Assembly (NCBI GenBank): GCA_963667015.2
Contig: CAXXJJ010000004.1
Span: forward strand, 2,656,001 to 2,720,000
DNA: 64,000 nt
Direction of reading: 5' to 3'
Source of the DNA: Desulfatiglandales bacterium
Lineage (GTDB): Bacteria > Desulfobacterota > DSM-4660 > Desulfatiglandales > HGW-15
A program made the position numbers and the translations under genes. Under the pieces are notes generated by a model. That model worked only from the letters and a program-made list of their open reading frames with translations, was not told the origin of the DNA and ran no database searches. Numbering within the stretch: the first letter of the stretch is position 1; the number at the start of each line of letters is the position of its first letter. This document shows positions 8,279 to 16,135 of the stretch, piece by piece.

Positions 8279-9631
8279 CTATTTCCTATAAACAGGGAAC
8301 ACCCTGGAATCGTCACTGAAGTATTCTTTTGTCATTCTGATTACCACAGGACTCAACAGGATAAGCCCGATGAGGTTGGGCCAGGCCATTAATGCATTGA
8401 ATATATCAGAGATTGCCCAGACGGCTTCAAGTTTAATATATGCCCCCACAGGAAGCAGGATACAGTAGAGTATCCTGTATGGTGTTACCAGGTTTTTACC
8501 AAACAGGTAATCAACACACCTGTCACCATAATATGACCAGCTTATTGCCGTACTGAAGGCAAAAAACATTATTCCAAACGCTACAATATACCCGCCAAAA
8601 CCTGATATTCCCATATTAAAGGCCTTTGCAGTTAGATCAGCGCCTGTCTCACCGGATGTATAGGCCCCTGTTAGAATAATTACCAGTGCAGTCATTGAGC
8701 ATATTACAATAGTATCGATAAAAGGACCAAGCATGGCAACAAGGCCTTCGCGCACCGGTTCTTTTGTTTTTGCAGCACCATGCGCAATGGGCGCGCTTCC
8801 AAGCCCGGACTCATTTGAGAACACACCGCGTGCCACTCCAAACCGGATTACCTGAGAAATTGCCGCACCTGCAAATCCTCCTGCCGCAGCACTCCCGGTA
8901 AATGCACTTTTAAATATCAGGCTCAGGGCCTCCGGAACAGCATCAAGCCTTGTCGAAATAATAATAAGCCCCCCGGCTACATACAGTATTGCCATAAAAG
9001 GCACAAGCATGCTTGCCACCTGCCCTATTCTTTTGATTCCGCCGACTATTACCATAAAGACAAGGACACCGATTACTATGCCTGTTATAAGTTTCGATAC
9101 ACCGAAATGAGTAAGTACAGGCTCGGCAACTGAGTTAGCCTGAACCATATTACCTATTCCGAATGAGGCGATGGTTGCAAAAAGGGCAAACAAGATTCCA
9201 AGCCATTTTTGTTTCAGTCCCCGTTCAAGGTAGTACATGGGGCCCGCGCCAACAACCCCGTCGGGATGGATAACACGATAATTCAGTGACAGCAGACATT
9301 CAGCGTATTTAAGGGACATACCGAATATGGCTGTCACCCACATCCAGAAAACGGCACCCGGGCCTCCCATGGCTATGGCCGTGCCAACACCGGCTATATT
9401 ACCGGTTCCTATTGTTGCGGAGAGCGCTGCACTCAATGCCTGAAAGTGTGTTACCTCTCCATCATCTTCGGGATTGTCATACCTTCCTGAAATCAGTCCC
9501 CAGGCATAGAAAAATTTCCTAACCTGGATGGCCTTTGCAATAAGTGTAATAAAAATACCGGTACCGACCAGCAATATTATCGTTACCGGTCCCCAGACTA
9601 TTCCGTCTATCTGATCAAGTATTTGCTGCAT
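8279..9631 (-). CDS. Sodium:alanine/glycine symporter (AGCS family)
   Basis: ATIGTGNIAGV, GGPGAVFWMW, RGVFSNESGLGSAPIAH. Confidence 0.95.
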   Translation of the reverse strand: MQQILDQIDGIVWGPVTIILLVGTGIFITLIAKAIQVRKFFYAWGLISGRYDNPEDDGEVTHFQALSAALSATIGTGNIAGVGTAIAMGGPGAVFWMWVTAIFGMSLKYAECLLSLNYRVIHPDGVVGAGPMYYLERGLKQKWLGILFALFATIASFGIGNMVQANSVAEPVLTHFGVSKLITGIVIGVLVFMVIVGGIKRIGQVASMLVPFMAILYVAGGLIIISTRLDAVPEALSLIFKSAFTGSAAAGGFAGAAISQVIRFGVARGVFSNESGLGSAPIAHGAAKTKEPVREGLVAMLGPFIDTIVICSMTALVIILTGAYTSGETGADLTAKAFNMGISGFGGYIVAFGIMFFAFSTAISWSYYGDRCVDYLFGKNLVTPYRILYCILLPVGAYIKLEAVWAISDIFNALMAWPNLIGLILLSPVVIRMTKEYFSDDSRVFPVYRK

Positions 9632-10269
9632 CAGGTTATCTCCAGTATATCGCTATCAAAATATTCGGACAGATCCTTTTGAAACCCTTCCCTGTCAATG
9701 AAGAGATGGGTTTTAAGTCCCTTCCTTTTTGCCCGCTCAATATGCCCGTGATAATCATCAACAAATAATATCTCTTCAGGGTTTAGTCCCAGTTTATTCG
9801 CAATATCACAAAACAGATCAGGGTCGCTCTTACTCCTGCCCATATAGTAACTGTTAAATATATGGTTAAATAACTGATAAAAGTTATCCCGCTCATTCAG
9901 CCTGTCAAGCCAGTCGGTCTGGTCACTTAACAGGCAGACAATCAGACCCTGTGCTCTTAACTTTATAATAATTTCAGGAAACCATGGCCGTATGATAAAA
10001 TCCTTTAAAATTATTTCCCGAAGTTTATCATTATCACCCGCAACACCGGTAGCCTCTTTTATTGCCTTCCAGAATGTCGCTTCATTGCACCTCCCCAGGA
10101 CATAGCCGGTGGAGTAAACAAGGTCAAAGGCCGTTTTTTCTACCATATCAGGATCAACGCGGTTCTGTTCGGCAATTCTCCTGAGCCCGTTCCTGAATCC
10201 CTCCTCGGCAAATACACCGCCAAAATCAATTAGCACTGCCTTCAGGATATTTTTTGACTTTAATTCCAC
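9631..10269 (-). CDS. HAD-family phosphatase
   Basis: DFGGV motif I, SK.DP, FVDD. Confidence 0.85.
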   Translation of the reverse strand: MELKSKNILKAVLIDFGGVFAEEGFRNGLRRIAEQNRVDPDMVEKTAFDLVYSTGYVLGRCNEATFWKAIKEATGVAGDNDKLREIILKDFIIRPWFPEIIIKLRAQGLIVCLLSDQTDWLDRLNERDNFYQLFNHIFNSYYMGRSKSDPDLFCDIANKLGLNPEEILFVDDYHGHIERAKRKGLKTHLFIDREGFQKDLSEYFDSDILEIT

Positions 10270-10295
10270 TTTATCAGATTCCGGTTCAATTCGGG

Positions 10296-11306
10296 TTATT
10301 CATATCCGTCAGGGTTTTGAGACTGCCATCTCCATGTATCCGTGCACATCTCATCGATCCCCTTTAGAGCGGTCCAGTTCAGTTCATCTTTAGCAAGGGC
10401 AGGGTCGGCAAAACATTCGGCTATATCACCTGGTCTGCGCTCAACGATCCTGTATGGGACATCTCTTCCCGAGGCCTTTTTAAATGCCTCTACCATTTCA
10501 AGTACACTGTACCCCGTGCCAGTGCCCAGGTTATAGACCCTGATTCCTGTTTTTGATTCAATTTTATCGATCGCCCTCACATGACCAATGGCTAGATCTA
10601 CCACATGGATATAATCCCTTACACCAGTACCGTCATGGGTTGGATAATCATTGCCGAACACAGATAATATTTCAAGTTTTCCAATGGCCACCTGGGAGAT
10701 ATAGGGCACCAGGTTATTAGGTATGTCATTGGGATCCTCACCGATCTTTCCGCTTGAATGAGCACCCACAGGATTAAAATATCTGAGAAGGATGATATCC
10801 CATGAATTGTCTGACACATGGAGATCCCTGAGTATTTCCTCTATAAATAATTTTGATCTTCCGTAGGGGTTGGTAGCTGAAAGTGGAAAATCCTCTGTAA
10901 TGGGAACCTTGTGAGGATCACCATACACCGTGGCAGAAGAACTGAATACCATTTTCTTTACATTATTATCTCTCATGACCTCACAGAGGCAAAGGGTTCC
11001 ATATACATTATTACTGAAATACTCCAAAGGCTTATGAACTGATTCACCAACGGCCTTAAGTCCTGCAAAATGGATTACCGCGTCAATTTCATTATCAGTG
11101 AAGATTTCCCGCAAAGCTGTTTTGTCACATAGATCTGCTTTATAGAAAAGAAAGTCCCTTCCGGTGATCTCACGAACCCTCTTCAGAGACTCCTCTTTAC
11201 TGTTGGAAAGATTATCAACCACAACCACATCATGCCCTGCATTCAGCAGCTCAACCATGGTATGACTGCCTATGTATCCGGCGCCTCCGGTCACGAGTAT
11301 TTTCAT
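10296..11306 (-). CDS. galE: UDP-glucose 4-epimerase
   Basis: [33 protein letters not shown]. Confidence 0.97.
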   Translation of the reverse strand: MKILVTGGAGYIGSHTMVELLNAGHDVVVVDNLSNSKEESLKRVREITGRDFLFYKADLCDKTALREIFTDNEIDAVIHFAGLKAVGESVHKPLEYFSNNVYGTLCLCEVMRDNNVKKMVFSSSATVYGDPHKVPITEDFPLSATNPYGRSKLFIEEILRDLHVSDNSWDIILLRYFNPVGAHSSGKIGEDPNDIPNNLVPYISQVAIGKLEILSVFGNDYPTHDGTGVRDYIHVVDLAIGHVRAIDKIESKTGIRVYNLGTGTGYSVLEMVEAFKKASGRDVPYRIVERRPGDIAECFADPALAKDELNWTALKGIDEMCTDTWRWQSQNPDGYE

Positions 11307-11327
11307 TATATTTCTCCGGTTCTTTTT

Positions 11328-11771
11328 TTATTTCAGTCTATTCAACTCTGCTTTTCTCAGTGAAATTCTCGCCTCTGCCAGCCTGCCGTAATATCCCCTG
11401 ATCTTCTTTGTCTGACCTTTTGATATCGCTCTCAGGAGATCACCTTCAAGTTCTGCAACTTCAAGAAGCCTGTAATAATCAAGAGATTCCTTGAGGTGTG
11501 CAAGCACGATCTTACCTGTCAGAACAGGATGATTATTGGTAACATTTGCATCCCTGAACTGAATGCCGTGTTCAAGTTCCACCTCAAGCCCGGATTTAAA
11601 CTCGGCGGGATCAATATCCATTTTTTTTGAGTTTAACTCGGAAAGGATAATTTTGGCCTCCTTCATGGAAACACTTGCTTCCTTTTTCTCTGTCCAGTCG
11701 GAAATTTTCAATTCACGACAAACTCTTTTAACTTCCTCTTTTGTAATATATTCAGGTAATTTCATACTCAT
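11328..11771 (-). CDS. DUF5661-like hypothetical protein
   Basis: GLEVELEHG...NVTNNHP..TGKIVLAHLKE..DYY motif. Confidence 0.7.
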   Translation of the reverse strand: MSMKLPEYITKEEVKRVCRELKISDWTEKKEASVSMKEAKIILSELNSKKMDIDPAEFKSGLEVELEHGIQFRDANVTNNHPVLTGKIVLAHLKESLDYYRLLEVAELEGDLLRAISKGQTKKIRGYYGRLAEARISLRKAELNRLK

Positions 11772-11930
11772 CTCCTTTCAATGCTTCTTATTTATTTAAA
11801 ATCGTTTAACTCTAGACTATGAATTCCTGCGAGTCAACATGAAAGCCCCTCTATAATACTTAATAAAAGTTTGATTGCAATATAATAACCTGTTGTTTTC
11901 ATTGGAAATAAATTTTTCCTAAAAAAATAT

Positions 11931-11958
11931 TAAAGTTTACCGGCCAGACTGTCGATCT
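11931..11958 (+). promoter_or_regulatory. Putative sigma28 (FliA) promoter
   Basis: TAAAGTTT-N12-GTCGATCT versus consensus TAAAGTTT-N11-GCCGATAA, just 5' of the riboswitch. Confidence 0.6.
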
Positions 11959-11971
11959 GAAGAGTGGAGAA

Positions 11972-12062
11972 AACTTGAGGGCAAACTTTCTGAAAAGACA
12001 GGGCGCAAAGCTTCCGGTCTAAGTCCCTGAGAGAAAGGGATATGACAGCGGGGCTGCATAGT
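11972..12062 (+). ncRNA. c-di-GMP-I (GEMM) riboswitch
   Basis: AGGGCAAAC...GAAA...GGGCGCAAAGCTTCCGGTCTAAG...TATGACAGCGGGGCTGC follows the GEMM-I consensus. Confidence 0.92.
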
Positions 12063-12077
12063 GAGAATCAAATAGCG

Positions 12078-12113
12078 CCCGTTCTCATGAAAATGAAACG
12101 GGTTTTTATTTTT
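12078..12113 (+). terminator. Intrinsic terminator of the riboswitch expression platform
   Basis: CCCGTTCTCAT-GAAA-ATGAAACGGG followed by TTTTTATTTTT, upstream of the RBS. Confidence 0.8.
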
Positions 12114-12148
12114 CCGTTGATAAGAAAGGTACGAAAAGGAGGTTGAAT

Positions 12149-12427
12149 ATGGTTATAGACTCCTCGGTAGTAATAAATGTCCCGCATGACGGGGATTTCA
12201 GGACCAAAAGGAAGGAAGGATCCGAAGATGCAAGACCGGTTGAAAAATCGGGGGATAGCGATAAATCCGATCTGGATATCAGCAGGGACAAGATTACGGA
12301 AAAAACCCCTGAGACACGACGCTTTGATGCCGGTATCGTATATAATAAATACGGTGAACTGGATCGCGAAAGCAGCAGGGAGGAAGACACGGAAATGGGC
12401 AAAAAGACCATTGATGTAATTGTGTAA
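12149..12427 (+). CDS. Small hydrophilic protein, possibly motility-associated
   Basis: Strong RBS AAGGAGGT; C-terminal GKKTIDVIV; terminator follows. Confidence 0.75.
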   Translation: MVIDSSVVINVPHDGDFRTKRKEGSEDARPVEKSGDSDKSDLDISRDKITEKTPETRRFDAGIVYNKYGELDRESSREEDTEMGKKTIDVIV

Positions 12428-12449
12428 TTGTGGTTTCGGAGAGGGAGAC

Positions 12450-12491
12450 AAAAAAGGGGTATCTCTACTGAGAGGGAGATACCCCTTTTTT
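12450..12491. terminator. Bidirectional intrinsic terminator
   Basis: AAAAAAGGGGTATCTC...GAGATACCCCTTTTTT between convergent genes. Confidence 0.9.
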
Positions 12492-12527
12492 AATTTACCT
12501 TGCTTCTTTTAAATCTGTTATTTTATT

Positions 12528-13196
12528 TCAATCCTTTTTATTTCGGTTCCTTCCCGAAGCATTGAAAACCAGGGCTTTCACAGGGCATACTGCAATACAT
12601 TCCAGGCAGGATTCACAGGCAAGATTTGTTTCCTGCCCATAAAGGCTTATAACCGTATCAAGTCCGCGGTTGGCAAATGACAGGACAGAATGGCCTTTTT
12701 TCTGACAGACATACACACACCTGCCGCACATGACACACCTGTTGGGATAATAATGGATGAGGGGGTGTGTTCTATCTATCTCATTATCCTTCAGCCTCTT
12801 TTCAAACTCTTTATTCTTCAGTCCTACCTTTAAAAATCCTGCCAGCTTCTGTATCTCGCATTGCTTGTTTGCGGGACAGTTACGGCAGTCAACCAGGTGA
12901 GTTGAAAGAAGAAGCCTGAATGCTGCCTGCTGAAGCCTTCTCACCTTTTCGGTATCGGTCCGGACTGTCATCCCTTCCTTTATCTTTACAGTGCAGGATG
13001 ATACCGGATTCTTTGCTCCTTCCAGTTCGACAAAACACAGGCGGCATGACACGGATGGCGTCTCCATGTCTTTTAAATAGCAAAGGTTAGGGATATATAT
13101 ATTATTATCCAGGCATGTCTGTAGAAGGTTGGCCCCTTCGACAGCCTCGATCTCGGTGTTGTCCACTACTATTTTTATTTTATTTTCCATTTTCAT
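12528..13196 (-). CDS. HoxU/NuoG-N-like iron-sulfur subunit
   Basis: IPNLC..SCRLC..SSC [2Fe-2S]; HxxxCxxCxxxxxC; two CxxCxxCxxxC motifs; no catalytic domain. Confidence 0.85.
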   Translation of the reverse strand: MKMENKIKIVVDNTEIEAVEGANLLQTCLDNNIYIPNLCYLKDMETPSVSCRLCFVELEGAKNPVSSCTVKIKEGMTVRTDTEKVRRLQQAAFRLLLSTHLVDCRNCPANKQCEIQKLAGFLKVGLKNKEFEKRLKDNEIDRTHPLIHYYPNRCVMCGRCVYVCQKKGHSVLSFANRGLDTVISLYGQETNLACESCLECIAVCPVKALVFNASGRNRNKKD

Positions 13197-15119
13197 CTAC
13201 TCTTCCGGTCTTTCTATTACAGGCGCCAGTTCGGGGGGAGAAATTTTTATAACAGCGTGATATTCATCAGGACATGCAACCATGCATTCACCACATTTGA
13301 CACATAAACTCTGATCAATACCCTTTTTTCTTTCCTTTGTTGTGAATATTGCCTCAACAGGACAGGACCCTACACAGGCATCGCAACCTCTGGCACATTT
13401 TTCAAGATCAATATAAAAGGCCGTTAATGCCCGGCACATCCCGGCAGGACAGCGCTTTTCTCTGATATGGGCCTCGTATTCGTCCCTGAAATATCTGAGG
13501 GTTGTTATAACCGGGTTTGGGGCTGTTTTCCCAAGGTTACACAGAGAGCCTTCCTTTATCTCTTCACATAAACGTTCCAGCCTTTCAAGGTCCTCCTCAA
13601 CACCCTCCCCCTTTGTGATCCTGTCAAGTATCTGAAGCAGGTGAAATGTCCCGATACGGCAGAATGTACATTTACCGCAGGATTCCTGCTGTGTAAAATC
13701 GAGAAAAAAACGGGCGATGTTTACCATGCAGGTATCTTCGTCCATCACTACCATCCCGCCCGATCCCATCATTGCGCCGGCCTCTTTAAGTGATTCAAAA
13801 TCAATTGGGGTATCCAGATATTTTTCAGGCAGACAGCCACCGGAAGGGCCCCCTATCTGGACGGCCTTGAAACTCTTCTTTGCAGGAATTCCCCCGCAGA
13901 CATTAAAAATAAGCTCTTTTAGATTTACACCCATGGGAATCTCAACGAGACCCGCATGGAGTACATCACCGACTATTGAAAAAATGGCTGTCCCGGAGGT
14001 GGTGTCAGTTCCTATATTTTTAAACCATTCTGCCCCTCTGTTCACAATGGGGACCACACAGGAGAGGGTTTTAACATTGTTGATAACAGTGGGCATTCCC
14101 CATAATCCCTCCTGTGCGGGATAAGGAGGTCTGAACCTGGGCATCCCCCTTTTACCCTCGATGGACTGAATCAGGGCTGTTTCCTCACCGCATACGAAGG
14201 CACCGGAACCTTCAAATACCGATACGTTAATATTCAGTCCTGTTCCTAAAATATTATCCCCAAGCAGATTGTGATTTTCTGCCTGTTTTATTGCATTTTT
14301 TACTGTCTGGACAGCAAGGGGATATTCGGACCTTATATAGATGACAACCCTTTCAGCCCCAACGGCTAATGCACAGATGGCTATCCCCTCAAGAAGCTGG
14401 TGAGGGTTACTCTCGAGGATGTTTCTATCCATATAGGCGCCCGGATCGCCTTCATCCGCATTACAGATCACTACTCTATCAGGAGCATCAGCGGCCTTCA
14501 CCATCTTCCACTTTTCGCCGGTGGGAAATCCTGCACCGCCACGCCCCCTCAATCCTGATTCTATTATTTCTTTGACGATCCTGTCAGGCTGCTGTTCTTT
14601 AATGACATTAACAAAGGTCGAATATCCTTCCAGAGCTATATAATCGTCAATTTCATCCGGATCCATATACCCGCATTTTTCCAGTACAATACGTTCTTCA
14701 CTGTTGAACCTCGGGAAATCCATTATGGACGGTATCATGTCATTTTGAACCATCGCACCCATCACATGTTCGAAAAGGGGATCGCCGTCTATCAGAAAAG
14801 ATTTGATTATCATTTTTGCCTTTCCCGGGGTTACCTGGTGGTAAAAAATAGGAGGAAATCCGGAATCAGGATTATCTATTATTACTACAGGCTCGGCATA
14901 ACAATGCCCCATGCACCCTGCTGAAAAAATGGAGGCATCAATCCCTTCCTTCGACAGGGTGTCTTCAATTGCCTTCTGGGTTTCAAGGGCGCCGGCAGCA
15001 ATCCCGCAGGTCCCCTTGCCAATAGATATATTGATTCTGCTCTTTTGCTTTTTTGAATTTACGCCTGATATTGCGCGGTCTTTTATACCTGCGAACACCT
15101 CGATAGGATCATTACTCAT
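13197..15119 (-). CDS. NuoF/HydB-like NADH:flavin subunit
   Basis: ATG 15119 overlapping the upstream stop; GRGGAGFPTG, NADEGDPGAYMD, GAFVCGEETAL, ESCGKCTFCR; C-terminal ferredoxin domain. Confidence 0.92.
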   Translation of the reverse strand: MSNDPIEVFAGIKDRAISGVNSKKQKSRINISIGKGTCGIAAGALETQKAIEDTLSKEGIDASIFSAGCMGHCYAEPVVIIDNPDSGFPPIFYHQVTPGKAKMIIKSFLIDGDPLFEHVMGAMVQNDMIPSIMDFPRFNSEERIVLEKCGYMDPDEIDDYIALEGYSTFVNVIKEQQPDRIVKEIIESGLRGRGGAGFPTGEKWKMVKAADAPDRVVICNADEGDPGAYMDRNILESNPHQLLEGIAICALAVGAERVVIYIRSEYPLAVQTVKNAIKQAENHNLLGDNILGTGLNINVSVFEGSGAFVCGEETALIQSIEGKRGMPRFRPPYPAQEGLWGMPTVINNVKTLSCVVPIVNRGAEWFKNIGTDTTSGTAIFSIVGDVLHAGLVEIPMGVNLKELIFNVCGGIPAKKSFKAVQIGGPSGGCLPEKYLDTPIDFESLKEAGAMMGSGGMVVMDEDTCMVNIARFFLDFTQQESCGKCTFCRIGTFHLLQILDRITKGEGVEEDLERLERLCEEIKEGSLCNLGKTAPNPVITTLRYFRDEYEAHIREKRCPAGMCRALTAFYIDLEKCARGCDACVGSCPVEAIFTTKERKKGIDQSLCVKCGECMVACPDEYHAVIKISPPELAPVIERPEE

Positions 15120-15666
15120 TGGAGACCTCTTTCTGTCTTTCCCGCTCCTCTTTTTCCTTTTCAATCTGGAAACCCAGAAGTATCCCCTCCACCTTGCTCG
15201 GGGCCATGCCACCCTGGGTCTTTTCATCTATTATGGCAACCGGTGCAAGGGCGCAGCATCCCACGCATGCCACGCGCTCGATGCTGAACTCTCTGTCAGG
15301 TGTTGTTTCACCATATTTGATTCCAAGCTTCCTTTCAAAATTTTCCAGTATTATGTCACCGCCCTTTACATGGCAGGCAGTCCCCAGACATACCTTGATC
15401 TGGTGCTTCCCCGGAGGATTGAACCTGAATTGATTATAAAAAGTGGCAACACCATAGACTTCGCTGGTTGTTGCCCCGGTATGATCTGCAACAATTTTAA
15501 TGGCATCCTTTGAAAGGTAGGAGTACTTGTCCTGTATCATCTGGAGGACAGGGATAATGTTATCTGCTGACTGCCCGAAAAATTTAAGACCTTCAGTAAT
15601 ATCAGCAATCATCAATTCTTCCTGCTCTTTTAATTTTTTTTCTTCTTCGGGAGTTAGAACATTCAT
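15112..15666 (-). CDS. NuoE/HydC-like [2Fe-2S] subunit
   Basis: GVATFY, CLGTACHVKG, CVGCCALAP. Confidence 0.92.
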   Translation of the reverse strand: MNVLTPEEEKKLKEQEELMIADITEGLKFFGQSADNIIPVLQMIQDKYSYLSKDAIKIVADHTGATTSEVYGVATFYNQFRFNPPGKHQIKVCLGTACHVKGGDIILENFERKLGIKYGETTPDREFSIERVACVGCCALAPVAIIDEKTQGGMAPSKVEGILLGFQIEKEKEERERQKEVSNE

Positions 15667-15912
15667 TTTTCACCATAAGTATATAAGTTTTAGACCAGGT
15701 GCAGCTATTATATGAGCAACGCGATAATATATCAATCCACACCTATGGATTATACCAATTGTCCGATATATTTCATCAACCGAGGAAATTTTGAGTGCCC
15801 ATCATAACGCAGACAGTTCAATTCATCAAGGGGCATATCAGTCCTTACCGGATATGGTTGAATCAAAATTCAGAGATTTCCATTTAAAAGCCTCTATTGA
15901 TAGGATTAGTTA

Positions 15913-15941
15913 TTGACATACAATATATTGTGCCCTAAAAT
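15913..15941 (+). promoter_or_regulatory. sigma70 promoter with NrdR box in the spacer
   Basis: TTGACA-N17-TAAAAT enclosing ATACAATATATTGTG (core palindrome ACAATATATTGT), upstream of the RNR gene. Confidence 0.8.
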
Positions 15942-16135
15942 GTTTCAGTTTCTATATAAGGGCATTTTGAATAAAAGTTATCCGCACTTTTAAATCGCAC
16001 GGCATACTTGGAATAATAGTATTCTGTAGCTATTCAGGGGATACTTTTTTCATTTTTTTCATCCCATACTGATAAAATTTATAATTTAAAAATAATATAA
16101 AATACAGGCCAGAATTTTTTTAACGGAGGGTGGTA

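Noticed and set aside
12068..12451. Minus-strand ORFs and the alternative + frame 12177-12419
   Set aside because: Riboswitch orientation, RBS and terminator support only the + strand ORF at 12149-12427.
15120..15227. Arg-rich N-terminal extension of the NuoF-like ORF
   Set aside because: Overlaps the nuoE-like gene; the ATG at 15119 has a GGAGG-type RBS and standard stop/start coupling.
15945..16130. Cobalamin riboswitch upstream of nrdJ
   Set aside because: Leader is AT-rich and lacks recognisable B12-box motifs.
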